A stretch of DNA of 59,040 bases, the filler included. It is 4 parts of 4 records of this genome, joined end to end, with 100 filler letters (N's around TTAATTAATTAA, not from the genome) between each part and the next. Parts side by side here need not be neighbours in the genome. Positions count along the whole stretch, not along the records: positions 1 to 16,437 come from SRR20825019_1666; positions 16,538 to 28,445 come from SRR20825019_1670; 2 more parts are not named here. One strand, given 5' to 3'. The translations under genes and the position numbers were made by a program. Within the stretch, counting starts at the first letter, position 1; every line of letters starts with the position of its first letter. Below the pieces are notes generated by a model that saw nothing but the letters and a program-made list of their open reading frames with translations, was not told where the DNA came from and searched no databases. Of this stretch, positions 10,832-20,252 are shown piece after piece.

Positions 10832-11647
10832 CTAGCCCTTGAGGCCCGGGGTTTCGAAAGCGGCCCGCGCGCGGGGCCCGTGAAAATATTCCTGTATCCA
10901 GGGGTGCGGGTTGGCAACCAGTTCCTGCATGGTCCCCACCGTCACCTGCTTGTCGAGCAGCACCGCGATCCGGTCGCAGATTGCCACCAGGCTGTCGAGA
11001 TCATGAGTAACCATGACCACGGTCAAGTTGAGGCTGTCCTGCAAATCCCGGATCAGCATATCAAAATTCGAGGCGCCGATCGGGTCCAGCCCCGCCGTCG
11101 GCTCGTCCAGAAAAACCACCTGCGGATCAAGTGCCAGCGCCCGGGCCAGGCTGGCCCGCTTGCGCATGCCCCCCGATAGCTGGGACGGGAACTTGTCCGC
11201 CGCGTTCGGCGGCAGGCCGACCATGTTGATCTTCATCAGCGCCAGCTCGCGCATCAGCAGTTTCGGGATACCGCCGCGCTCCCGCATCGGCGCCATGATG
11301 TTCTGCGCCACGGTGAGAGAGCTGAACAGCGCGCCGTCCTGAAACATCATACCGAACCGGCCCTGCAGCTTGCGCGTTGGCATCTCGCCGTGCCCGGCCT
11401 CAATTTTCTCTCCCAGCAGCTCAATCTCGCCCGCCGCCGGGATCTGCAAGCCGATGATGGTCCGCAGCAGCACCGACTTGCCGGAACCCGATCCGCCGAC
11501 CACCCCCAGCACCTCGCCACGCCGGACATCGAGATCGAGATTGTCATGCACAACCTGCGTGCCGAACGCATTCCGAATGCCGCGCAACCGGATGGCGGGC
11601 TGGCTTTCCGCAGCGCTTGTAAAGCTTTCGTCCGTCATCGCCGCCAT
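10832..11647 (-). CDS. mlaF: MlaF-like ABC ATPase
   Basis: Walker A GGSGSGKS, FQDGALFSSL, LSGGMRKR, FLDEPTAGLDP, VTHD. Confidence 0.92.
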   Translation of the reverse strand: MAAMTDESFTSAAESQPAIRLRGIRNAFGTQVVHDNLDLDVRRGEVLGVVGGSGSGKSVLLRTIIGLQIPAAGEIELLGEKIEAGHGEMPTRKLQGRFGMMFQDGALFSSLTVAQNIMAPMRERGGIPKLLMRELALMKINMVGLPPNAADKFPSQLSGGMRKRASLARALALDPQVVFLDEPTAGLDPIGASNFDMLIRDLQDSLNLTVVMVTHDLDSLVAICDRIAVLLDKQVTVGTMQELVANPHPWIQEYFHGPRARAAFETPGLKG

Positions 11648-11650
11648 GGT

Positions 11651-12787
11651 TCAGATCCCGACTTCGGCAAAGAACACCGCGAACAACGCGTCCAGCACGA
11701 TCACGATGAAGATGGATTCCACCACGGCCTTGGTGGTGCGGAAGCCGACACTCTCGGCACTGCCGGAAACCTTGAGCCCCTGATGACAGCCGACAACGGC
11801 AATGACATAGGCAAAGACAGGCGCTTTCAGCATGCCGGTGCCGAAATCCCAGAAATCGACCGCGCCCTTGAGCTGGGTCAGGAACTGCTGGATCGACAGG
11901 TCCAGCGTCAGGACCGCGATCATGGCACCGCCCGCAAGTCCGGCAATATCGCCAATGAAGACCAGGATCGGCAGGGCTATGAAAAGCGCGATCAGGCGCG
12001 GGATCACCAGCACGTCGACCGGCGAGAGGCCCAGCGTCTCCAGCGCATCCACTTCCTGATTCACCTTCATGGTGCCGATCTGGGCCGTGAAGGCACTGCC
12101 GGACCGGCCGGCGACGATGATCGCCGTCAGCAGTACGCCAATCTCCCGCAGCACGGAGACGCCGACAAGGTTCACCGTCAGGATCGCAGCGCCAAACCGC
12201 TCAAGCTGGAGCGAACCCATATAGGCCAGCACCACGCCGACCAGAAAGCAAAGCAGCGCGACGATACCGACCGCATTGAGGCCGACATATTCGAGCTGGC
12301 TGACCAGCGCCACAAAACGAAGACGGGTCCGGCCTGTGAGCAGCGCAAGAAGCGAGACAATGGTCAGACCGAAGAACCCGAACAGATCACGCCCGACATG
12401 GGCCATGTCGAACATCGCCTTCCCGGCCCGCGCGGCGATCACGATCAATGGGTTCGGCCCGTTTGAATCGGTTGGCACATCCGGGTCGGGGATGAAGGCC
12501 TTCTCCAGCAGCGCCGCATATTCCGTCCGCAGGCCGTCCAGCCGGACCTCGATCCCGCGCCCGGAAAATGCCTCCGATGTCCGGCGCAAAATCCACGCCC
12601 CGGCACTGTCCAGCGCAGTGACCTCGCCAGCATCGATCACCACCTGGCGCGGAGATGCCTTCCCGGCCTGCCGGAACTCCCGGTCCAGCCGCCCGACGGC
12701 ATCCACCGTCAGAGGCCCTGTGATGCCGACCCTGAGTTCACCGCCGGCTTCCGTGATCGAAAGCGAGGTCTCGGCTGCAGCCGCCAC
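11651..12787 (-). CDS. mlaE: MlaE family permease with N-terminal STAS domain
   Basis: LDSAGAW (STAS), LREIGVLLTAIIVAGRSGSAFTAQIGTMKVNQEVDAL, SAESVGFRTTKAVV. GTG start at 12787 inferred from an upstream purine-rich RBS. Confidence 0.88.
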   Translation of the reverse strand: MAAAAETSLSITEAGGELRVGITGPLTVDAVGRLDREFRQAGKASPRQVVIDAGEVTALDSAGAWILRRTSEAFSGRGIEVRLDGLRTEYAALLEKAFIPDPDVPTDSNGPNPLIVIAARAGKAMFDMAHVGRDLFGFFGLTIVSLLALLTGRTRLRFVALVSQLEYVGLNAVGIVALLCFLVGVVLAYMGSLQLERFGAAILTVNLVGVSVLREIGVLLTAIIVAGRSGSAFTAQIGTMKVNQEVDALETLGLSPVDVLVIPRLIALFIALPILVFIGDIAGLAGGAMIAVLTLDLSIQQFLTQLKGAVDFWDFGTGMLKAPVFAYVIAVVGCHQGLKVSGSAESVGFRTTKAVVESIFIVIVLDALFAVFFAEVGI

Positions 12788-12954
12788 GTCTTGTTCCCCC
12801 CAGTCCAAGGACACCGGCACACGGCCGGTCGGCGCATGATGCTTCAGGCACGTCTTATGCGCCTGAAAACCCTTACAATGCATAAGATACTGGAATTCAT
12901 CGCAACACTCACCTATCAAGGCCGCTGCTTAACAGATGGTACGGGAATCCGAGC

Positions 12955-13470
12955 ATGGACCTGAAGAAACACATCCGCGAAGTGCCCGATTTCCCGAAGC
13001 CGGGCATCCTGTTCTACGATATCTCGACCCTGCTCGCCCATCCGGCGGCCTGGAAGGCGACCGTGGACCAGTTGAAAACCGTCGTCGACAGCTACAAGCC
13101 CGACGTGCTGGCCGGCATCGAATCCCGAGGCTTCCTTGTCGCCGCTCCGCTGGCGCTGGAACTCGGCCTCGGCTTCCACATGGTCCGCAAGAAAGGCAAG
13201 CTGCCCGGCAAGACCATTCCCTATACCTACGATCTGGAATATGGCAGCGACACGATCGAAGTGCAGGACGGCGCCATCGAGCCCGGCCAGCGCGTGGTCA
13301 TCCTCGACGACCTGCTCGCCACCGGCGGAACCCTGGCAGCCGCCATCGAGCTGGTCCGCAAGGTCGGCGGCGAAGTCTCCGGCGCCGCCAGCATCATGGA
13401 GCTGACCTTCCTGAAGGGCCGCGACCGCCTCGACATCCCCTTCACCTCACTGATCGCCTACGACGACTGA
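12955..13470 (+). CDS. apt: Adenine phosphoribosyltransferase
   Basis: [44 protein letters not shown]. Confidence 0.96.
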   Translation: MDLKKHIREVPDFPKPGILFYDISTLLAHPAAWKATVDQLKTVVDSYKPDVLAGIESRGFLVAAPLALELGLGFHMVRKKGKLPGKTIPYTYDLEYGSDTIEVQDGAIEPGQRVVILDDLLATGGTLAAAIELVRKVGGEVSGAASIMELTFLKGRDRLDIPFTSLIAYDD

Positions 13471-13487
13471 GGGTTTCACCAAACCGC

Positions 13488-13573
13488 CGTCATCCCGGCC
13501 ACCGAGCCGGGACCTGGATGATCATAAAGCTGCACACGCCTTCCCTGGGTCCCGCATCAAGTGTGGGATGACG
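13488..13573. repeat. Alphaproteobacterial palindromic (REP/RPE-like) element, two inverted units
   Basis: CGTCATCCCGGC-caccga-GCCGGGACC ... GGGTCCCGCA-tcaag-TGTGGGATGACG; a related unit lies at 16410-16437. Confidence 0.75.
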
Positions 13574-14504
13574 ATGCGTCAGGTTGAGGAGCACCCTCCC
13601 CGCTCACCGCACGCCCTTCTTCCATCAACCAGTCCCGGAACGCGGCGATCTTGGGTGTATCAGCACGATCCTTCGCGCTCAGCAGATAGAATGCGAAGGT
13701 CAGCGGCGTACTGAGGCCGGGACCGAAGGGACGCACAAGACGGCCGGCCGCGAGATGATCCGCCACCAGTAATTCCCCGACCAGAGCCACACCGTGGCCA
13801 TCGACCGCCGATTGAATGGCCATGCTTTCCATGCTGAAGCGCGGGCCCCGGACCGGGTCGATATCATGCAGGCCTGCCGCCAGCAGCCACATGCGCCACG
13901 TCGCCTCGGCTTCGGTCCAGTCGATATGAAGCAGGGTATGGTGACGCAGATCCTCTGGCTGGCGCAAAGGATGCGTGCCTTCCAGCAGTGCCGGGCTGCA
14001 GACCGGTGTGTTGAGCTGGCCGAACAGCCAGTCAACCCGAACGCCCTCGTAACCGCCGGGGCCATAGCGCACCGCCACATCGACATCATCCCGCGTCAGA
14101 TCGACCAGACGGTCGGTTCCGTCGATGCGGATTTCGATGTCCGGATGCTTGCTGCGGAACCGCTCGAGCCGTGGCAACAGCCACATGCCGCCGAACGACG
14201 GGCTGACGCTGATGGTCAGCACCCCGCTCTCGCAATGGCTGCGTATCTGATCCACCGCCTGTGCCAGCTTGTCGAACCCCTGCCCCAATGCCGGCAAGGC
14301 GGCCTGTCCAGCCTCGGTGAGCCGAAGCGCCCGGGTCAAACGCCGGAACAGGGGCACCTCAAGCAATTCCTCCAGCGCCTTGACCTGATGGCTGATCGCC
14401 GCCGGCGTCACATTCAGCTCGGCCGCCGCCTTTGTGAAACTGAGGTGCCGCCCGGCCGCCTCGAAGGCCCTGAGAGCATTAAGCGGCGGTTGCGGTCGCC
14501 CCAT
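13557..14504 (-). CDS. GcvA-type LysR transcriptional regulator
   Basis: PPLNALRAFEAAGRHLSFTKAAAELNVTPAAISHQVKALE, WLLPRLERF, DVAVRYG. Confidence 0.93.
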   Translation of the reverse strand: MGRPQPPLNALRAFEAAGRHLSFTKAAAELNVTPAAISHQVKALEELLEVPLFRRLTRALRLTEAGQAALPALGQGFDKLAQAVDQIRSHCESGVLTISVSPSFGGMWLLPRLERFRSKHPDIEIRIDGTDRLVDLTRDDVDVAVRYGPGGYEGVRVDWLFGQLNTPVCSPALLEGTHPLRQPEDLRHHTLLHIDWTEAEATWRMWLLAAGLHDIDPVRGPRFSMESMAIQSAVDGHGVALVGELLVADHLAAGRLVRPFGPGLSTPLTFAFYLLSAKDRADTPKIAAFRDWLMEEGRAVSGEGAPQPDASSSHT

Positions 14505-14689
14505 CACTTACACCTGAGTTTTTCTAAAACATAAACCGAAATCTTCTCGTTTGTCGGCAGTCATAATAATCAATATTTCATTGATATAACAATAAATATT
14601 GCACCGCATTTTACCAGAAAGGCGGAGATTAGGTTCAAATATTTCTCCGCCATAAACCCCGTAAACAGCCCCTTAAGCCGCTGGAGGAA

Positions 14690-14977
14690 GTGATGCGCCT
14701 ACGCCACTGCCACCCCAATCTCGCCAACACCATTCAGTGCTCACGGGCCGAACCGTTCGGGCATCCGATTTTCAAAAGCCTGTCACGGCTCATCCATGCC
14801 GTGGAGGACGCTGTGCGACAGAGGTTGGTAAAAATCTCCCGCGAGCGATTGCGGCACCGCCGAATCCGGACGCTTCAGGGCCTGAGCGACCGTCAACTTC
14901 TGGATATTGGCGTGGAACGCGCCGATATCACCGCGACCGTCGAGAAAGTCCTCGAACGGAAAGCGCGCCCGGAGTGA
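14690..14977 (+). CDS. DUF1127 (YjiS-like) small protein
   Basis: Arg-rich RLRHRRIRTLQGLSDRQLLDIGVERADI motif; divergent from the LysR gene. Confidence 0.8.
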   Translation: MMRLRHCHPNLANTIQCSRAEPFGHPIFKSLSRLIHAVEDAVRQRLVKISRERLRHRRIRTLQGLSDRQLLDIGVERADITATVEKVLERKARPE

Positions 14978-15013
14978 CGCTCCAGTGCTGATGCCTGCAA
15001 ACTCAAACCATCG

Positions 15014-16240
15014 TCACACGCTCTCGACCACCTCTGTCTCGATCATGATTTCCGAATGCAGGGTCCGGTGAACCGGGCACTTGTCGGCAATCTCCCGGAG
15101 CTTTTGCCGCTGCTCCGCATCGAGCGGTCCTTCGATCGTGATCTCACGGCTGATCCTGTCGATCTTTCCGGCCTGCGTCTCACAGGCGGCGCAGTCTTCG
15201 GCGTGGATTTTACTGTGCCGCAACCGGGTCTCGAGACGGTCGATTTGCCAGCCCTTGCGCTCGGCATAGAGCGACAGCGTCATGTTTGTGCAGGCACCGA
15301 GACCGGCCAGCAGGAAGTCATAAGGCCCCGGGCCGCTATTATCGCCACCGACACTTTTCGGCTCGTCCGCCCGCAGCCGGTGCCCCGCCGCGAGGACAGC
15401 TTGCGGGAATTTCCCCTCACCCAGATGCGCGACCACGACTTCTCCCTCATCCGCCGCGAGCTGCAGCGGCGCTTCTTCCGGAACAAGGCGCCCCGCCCAC
15501 GCGGCAATGACCGATGCAACGTAATTTGCGTCTGCGGGCCGGGTAAGCAGGTGATCCGCCTTGTCGAGAGAGACGAAACTCTTCGGGTGCTTGGCCGCGT
15601 CAAATATCCGGGCCGCATTCTCGATACCGACAGTCATGTCCAGGGGAGCATGGAAGATCAGCAGGTCCCGCTTCAGGTTCGCGATCCGCTCTTCCAGGTC
15701 ATGCGTCTTCAGATCGTCGATAAAGGACTTCCGAATCCGGAAATTCCGGCCAGCAAGCGACACCTCCGCCTCTCCATCCCGTTCGATCACCTCAAGATCC
15801 GCGCCAAAATTATGCACGACATGGCCCGGATCGGCGGGCGCCCCGATGGTCGCAACCCCCTTCACCTCCGGGATGTCAGCGGCAGCGGACAAAACCGCCG
15901 CCCCGCCGAGCGAATGCCCGATCAGCACCGCCGGCGCCATCCCTTCAGCGCGCATCCAGTCCGCCGCCGCAACGAGATCCTGAATGTTCGAGGCGAAAGT
16001 CGTGTTCGCGAATTCCCCCTCGCTGTGCCCAAGACCGGTAAAGTCGAACCGCAGCACGGCGAGGCCCTGCGCAGCCAAGCCGCCTGCGATCTGGCGCGCG
16101 GCGGCAATGTCCTTCGAGCAGGTGAAGCAATGGGCGAACAGCGCATATCCCCGCGGCTTGCCAACCGGCAGATCAAGGCGCGCTGCCAATGTACCGCCCT
16201 GCGCTCCCGGAAAACTGACTCTTCTGGTCTCGATCGACAT
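15014..16240 (-). CDS. Bifunctional alpha/beta hydrolase / OsmC family protein
   Basis: FAHCFTCSKD, GHSLGG, DKADHLL, then OsmC ADEP...GPGPYDFLLAGLGACT...IADKCPVHRTL. Confidence 0.93.
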   Translation of the reverse strand: MSIETRRVSFPGAQGGTLAARLDLPVGKPRGYALFAHCFTCSKDIAAARQIAGGLAAQGLAVLRFDFTGLGHSEGEFANTTFASNIQDLVAAADWMRAEGMAPAVLIGHSLGGAAVLSAAADIPEVKGVATIGAPADPGHVVHNFGADLEVIERDGEAEVSLAGRNFRIRKSFIDDLKTHDLEERIANLKRDLLIFHAPLDMTVGIENAARIFDAAKHPKSFVSLDKADHLLTRPADANYVASVIAAWAGRLVPEEAPLQLAADEGEVVVAHLGEGKFPQAVLAAGHRLRADEPKSVGGDNSGPGPYDFLLAGLGACTNMTLSLYAERKGWQIDRLETRLRHSKIHAEDCAACETQAGKIDRISREITIEGPLDAEQRQKLREIADKCPVHRTLHSEIMIETEVVESV

Positions 16241-16409
16241 AGGCTGCCCCTCCTTAAAATCGAAGTCCTGGATACATGCTTAACCGATCATGGCGACAAG
16301 ACCATAACCGCCCTGAGAGATATATGCAGAGCTTGGGGAATGGGGCGTCATATCCGCGTGAGCAGAGGCGTCATGAAACCTGCTCCCGTACTGTGGCACA
16401 CCATAACAC

Positions 16410-16437
16410 CGTCATTCCGGCCGGAGAGCCGGGACCC
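16410..16437. repeat. Second copy (half) of the palindromic element, at the contig end
   Basis: CGTCATTCCGGC-cggaga-GCCGGGACCC ends exactly at the N gap. Confidence 0.7.
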
Positions 16438-16537
16438 NNNNNNNNNNNNNNNNNNNNNNNNNNNNNNNNNNNNNNNNNNNNTTAATTAATTAANNNNNNN
16501 NNNNNNNNNNNNNNNNNNNNNNNNNNNNNNNNNNNNN
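16438..16537. other. Artificial contig spacer
   Basis: N-run / TTAATTAATTAA (stops in all six frames) / N-run, 100 nt. Confidence 0.98.
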
Positions 16538-17616
16538 TCGGGTTCCTTGCCGAATACCTCGCGAATACCCGCAGCAATGGCGCTCGGCACGGGCGCGTCT
16601 TCTTCCGTCATGAGCGGCAGAACCTCCATCAGATCGCGCATTGAGTAGTCGAATTTCGGACGCTCGCGTTTCAGGCGTTCCAGTATGGAGACCACTTCGC
16701 CTTTCACCTCCGAAATGTCTTCCTCGATGAGGAAACGGCGATCGATCACCATGCGGCAGGAGTGGGCCACATTGGGCGCGGGGAGCCCGGGGAAAAAATC
16801 CTCCGTCTGGCCGCCATGCACCGAGTTTATGTTCATGGTGGAGCGGCGCGCGCCCTCGGGCACGACCGGCATCCGTGTTTCCTTCGCGTCCAGCGCAGGG
16901 AACAGCTCTTCCTCGAAGGCATGGAGGAGCGCGCCCATGTGGCGAATGGCCGAATCGCCGAGGAACGGCATCGCACCATGGGCAATGGCGCCGCGCGTCT
17001 CGATTTCCGCCCACCACACACCGCGATGGCCAAGACAGATGCGGTCCTTGTTGAGCGGCTCGGGAATGATGACGTGATCCACGCGCGGCTTCGAAAAGAA
17101 GCCCTCCCGTGCCAGATAGGCAACCCCGCCAAAGCCGCCGGATTCCTCGTCCGCCGTGCCGGAAATCTCGATGGCACCGGGAAAATCCGGATAGATCTCC
17201 AGAAACGCTTCGGCTGCGATGATTGAGGCAGCGAGGCCGCCCTTCATGTCGCAGGCGCCACGCCCGAAAACCTTGCCGTCCTTCACGACGGCGGCATAGG
17301 GGTCGACCGTCCAGCCTTCACCGGCTTCCACCACATCGATATGGGAATTGAAATGCACTGTGGCGCCGGGGCTGCGACCCTCGCGCCGCGCGATGACGTT
17401 TGTGCGCGGATAGCGGTCTGAATCGCCCGGAGCGCCCACACCCCGGACGAATTGCGTGGCAAAGCCCCTGGCTTTCAGCCGACGCGCAATGTATTCGCAG
17501 CACGGCGTATACGCGTCTCCGGGCGGGTTCACCGTGGGAAATCGTATCAGATCGGAAGTGAGTGCGACGAGGTCGTCCGTCCTGCGCCGCACCGCCAGGG
17601 CAAGCTGTTCGTTCAT
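16538..17616 (-). CDS. ArgE/DapE family M20 metallo-deacylase, 3'-truncated
   Basis: FNSHIDVV, GRGACDMKGG, ADEESGG, IPEP, AHGAMP; runs into the spacer. Confidence 0.9.
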
Positions 17617-17806
17617 GAGGGCAATAGAGCGGCATGTGGCCAGCTTGGCAAGATCGCGCGCGCACGGAAATGTGAAGAGGTAGAACTTGTCGCGCACAAG
17701 GCAGTATAGTTCTATTTACCAAGGACATTTGGGGTTTTGTCATGAATTGACGTTAGATGCGTCAAGACAACGGGTAGAAACTTAACACATGTAGCGGGGG
17801 GCGCTC

Positions 17807-18238
17807 ATGAAACGGTTTTTCTTTGCATTGGCCTTGGCCGGCCTGATTCTTTCAGGCGGCGCAACAGAAGGCTTCGCGGCTCGGCTCGTGGCCAAGGTCA
17901 GCTTGTCGAAGCAGACAATGACGGTCATGCATGGCGGACGCGTGTTGCACCGCTGGCGGGTATCGACCGCGCGTCGCGGCTATGTGACGCCGCGGGGGCA
18001 GTGGCGCCCCACCCGCATGCACAAGATGTGGCACTCGCGCAAATACGACATGTCGCCCATGCCCTATTCGATCTTCTACTATGGTGGCTATGCGATCCAT
18101 GGCACCAATGCGGTGTCGAAGCTCGGGCGGCCTGCCTCACATGGATGTGTGCGCCTGCACACGGCCAACGCGAAGCGGCTTTATTCGCTGGTGCGGAAGG
18201 TCGGGCCGCGCAACACGCGGATCGTCGTCACGGATTGA
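17807..18238 (+). CDS. L,D-transpeptidase (YkuD family)
   Basis: Signal peptide, VSTAR, MPYSIF, AIHGT...LGRPASHGCVRL. Confidence 0.93.
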   Translation: MKRFFFALALAGLILSGGATEGFAARLVAKVSLSKQTMTVMHGGRVLHRWRVSTARRGYVTPRGQWRPTRMHKMWHSRKYDMSPMPYSIFYYGGYAIHGTNAVSKLGRPASHGCVRLHTANAKRLYSLVRKVGPRNTRIVVTD

Positions 18239-18253
18239 ACGTCCGGAGGCAGG

Positions 18254-19174
18254 CTACATTTCCCACCGCTTGTGGAACCACATCCACTGGCCGGGATCCT
18301 CGCGAACCCAGCGCTCCACAACGTCGTTGAGCAATTGAGCGCTGGTATCGATGTCGATCATGCCATCCGCCTGCCTTGGCAGGGCGATCTTGTCTTCCAC
18401 GATGAGACGATAGCGGCCGCCAGGCAGGCGCTTGCAGCGGGCCGGGTAGACATCGCAGCCATATTGACGCGCAAGTTTGGGCAATAGCGGGTTGGTCTTG
18501 CATTCGCGGCCGAAGAAGTGCGTCTTCACGCCCTTGCGGAATTTCTGGTCGACCAGAACGCCGATATTGCCGCCATCGTCCAGAACGCGGGCGAGTTGAA
18601 GGGCCGCCCCCGCCTGTGAGGGCACAAGCCCGCCCATGGCGCTGCTGCGGGTTTTCAGTATGTAGTCAGCTACATAAGGATTGTTGGGCGGTCGGAAGAG
18701 CGATGTGGTGGCGAGCTCGAAGCGGGCGGCAGCGATCGGCAGGAATTCGAAATTGCCCAGATGCCCGGTGAAGAAGATGTGCGGAACGCCCTTCTCGTCG
18801 CGCAGGCGCTTGAAGATCTCAACACCTTCCACCTCGACACGGCCAGGGGTTTCAGCCTCCGGATCGAAATCGAACAGCTTGTCGAGAAACACATACTCGG
18901 CTGCAAGACGCGCCATGTTGCCCCACATGTCGAGGGCGATGGTCTCGATCTCGGCTTCGCTCTTTTCGGGATAGGCCTGCCGCAGATTGTCGACTGCCAG
19001 TCGATGACGGCCTACTTTGGGCCCGAGTTTACGGGCGACCTTTTCAGCCAGACCAAGCGCCTTTTCTGGCGGCAGCTTGCGCAGAAGTGTCAGAATACCG
19101 ATCACCATGCGCGCGGTGAGCCAGTATTCCAGCGTCTTGAGCCGTTTGCCGGTTGAGTAGAGAAAGCGCTTCAT
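18254..19174 (-). CDS. lpxXL: Lipid A very-long-chain acyltransferase (LpxXL/HtrB family)
   Basis: GHLGNFE, FRPPNNP, LVDQK, FFGR, PGQWMWFHKRW; last gene of the acpXL cluster. Confidence 0.87.
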   Translation of the reverse strand: MKRFLYSTGKRLKTLEYWLTARMVIGILTLLRKLPPEKALGLAEKVARKLGPKVGRHRLAVDNLRQAYPEKSEAEIETIALDMWGNMARLAAEYVFLDKLFDFDPEAETPGRVEVEGVEIFKRLRDEKGVPHIFFTGHLGNFEFLPIAAARFELATTSLFRPPNNPYVADYILKTRSSAMGGLVPSQAGAALQLARVLDDGGNIGVLVDQKFRKGVKTHFFGRECKTNPLLPKLARQYGCDVYPARCKRLPGGRYRLIVEDKIALPRQADGMIDIDTSAQLLNDVVERWVREDPGQWMWFHKRWEM

Positions 19175-19184
19175 GGGGCGCAGG

Positions 19185-20213
19185 TCAGTCCACGCGCAGG
19201 ATGATCTTGCCGAACACGTCGCGGCCTTCCATGCGAGAAAGCGCCTTGTCTATATCGGCAAAGCTCACCTCGGTGTCGATGACCGGAGAGCAGAGCCCGC
19301 GCGCCATTTTCTGCATGGCATCTGCCATGTTTTCCATGCGGCAGCCGAAAGATCCGAAAATCTTGAGCTGCTGCTGGAAGAGCTGCATCAGGTTCATGTT
19401 GGTCGAGACACCGGAGGTGGAGCCGCAGGTGACAAGCCGTCCGCCGCGCTTCATGGAAAGGAGCGAGCCCGCCCAGGTGTCGGCGCCTACATGCTCGAAC
19501 ACCACATCGACACCGCGCTTCTTCGTGATCTTGCGCACGACGCCTTCAAACCGGTCCTCGCGGTAGTTGATCACATGATCGGCACCGAGCGCCTTTGCCT
19601 TTTCCATCTTGTCCTCGGAGCCCACCGTGGTGATGACGGTGCAGCCCATGCTCTTGGCAAGCTGGATGGCGGCGGTGCCAATGCCGGAACCGCCGGCCTG
19701 AACGAGAATGGTTTCGCCCGGCTCGAGCTTCGCATTGTCGAACAGCATGTGCTCGACGGTGCCGAAGGTGACGGGCGCGACGGCAGCACCGATTTCGTCC
19801 ACACCGGGCGGTGCCGGGACGAGGAGACGTGCGGGCAGATTGATTTTTTCCTGTGCAAAGCCATCAAGGTGAAAACCGTGCACGCCGGAGACATGTTCGC
19901 ACAGATTGTCGCGGCCTTCGCGGCAGGGGCGGCACAGGCCGCAGGTGCGTGCGCCATAGATGGAAACGAGCTGGCCTGGAAGCAGATTGCTGACGCCGGG
20001 ACCAACCGTCTCGACCACGCCGGACGCCTCGGCTCCAACCACAAGCGGCATTTTTCGCTTGGCAAACGCCATGCCACGCCAGCCCCAGACATCGATGTGG
20101 TTGAGGGCGACGGCACGGATCTTCAGGGTCACTTCGCCCTGTCCGGGAGCCGGGGGCGGCGCAAGATCGACTGTCTCAAGCTTGCGATCGGCGACGAGTT
20201 GAAGTGCGCGCAT
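19185..20213 (-). CDS. Zinc-dependent dehydrogenase/reductase of the VLCFA cluster (AdhA2XL-like)
   Basis: ALNHIDVW, CGLCRPCREGRDNLC, QAGGSGIG; cluster position. Confidence 0.88.
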   Translation of the reverse strand: MRALQLVADRKLETVDLAPPPAPGQGEVTLKIRAVALNHIDVWGWRGMAFAKRKMPLVVGAEASGVVETVGPGVSNLLPGQLVSIYGARTCGLCRPCREGRDNLCEHVSGVHGFHLDGFAQEKINLPARLLVPAPPGVDEIGAAVAPVTFGTVEHMLFDNAKLEPGETILVQAGGSGIGTAAIQLAKSMGCTVITTVGSEDKMEKAKALGADHVINYREDRFEGVVRKITKKRGVDVVFEHVGADTWAGSLLSMKRGGRLVTCGSTSGVSTNMNLMQLFQQQLKIFGSFGCRMENMADAMQKMARGLCSPVIDTEVSFADIDKALSRMEGRDVFGKIILRVD

Positions 20214-20252
20214 AATGAATTCCGATGGTTTCGGGCAATTGAACCCGGTCGA

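Noticed and set aside
16482-16493. TTAATTAATTAA palindrome repeated three times in the window
   Set aside because: Artificial six-frame-stop linker inside N-runs, not biological.
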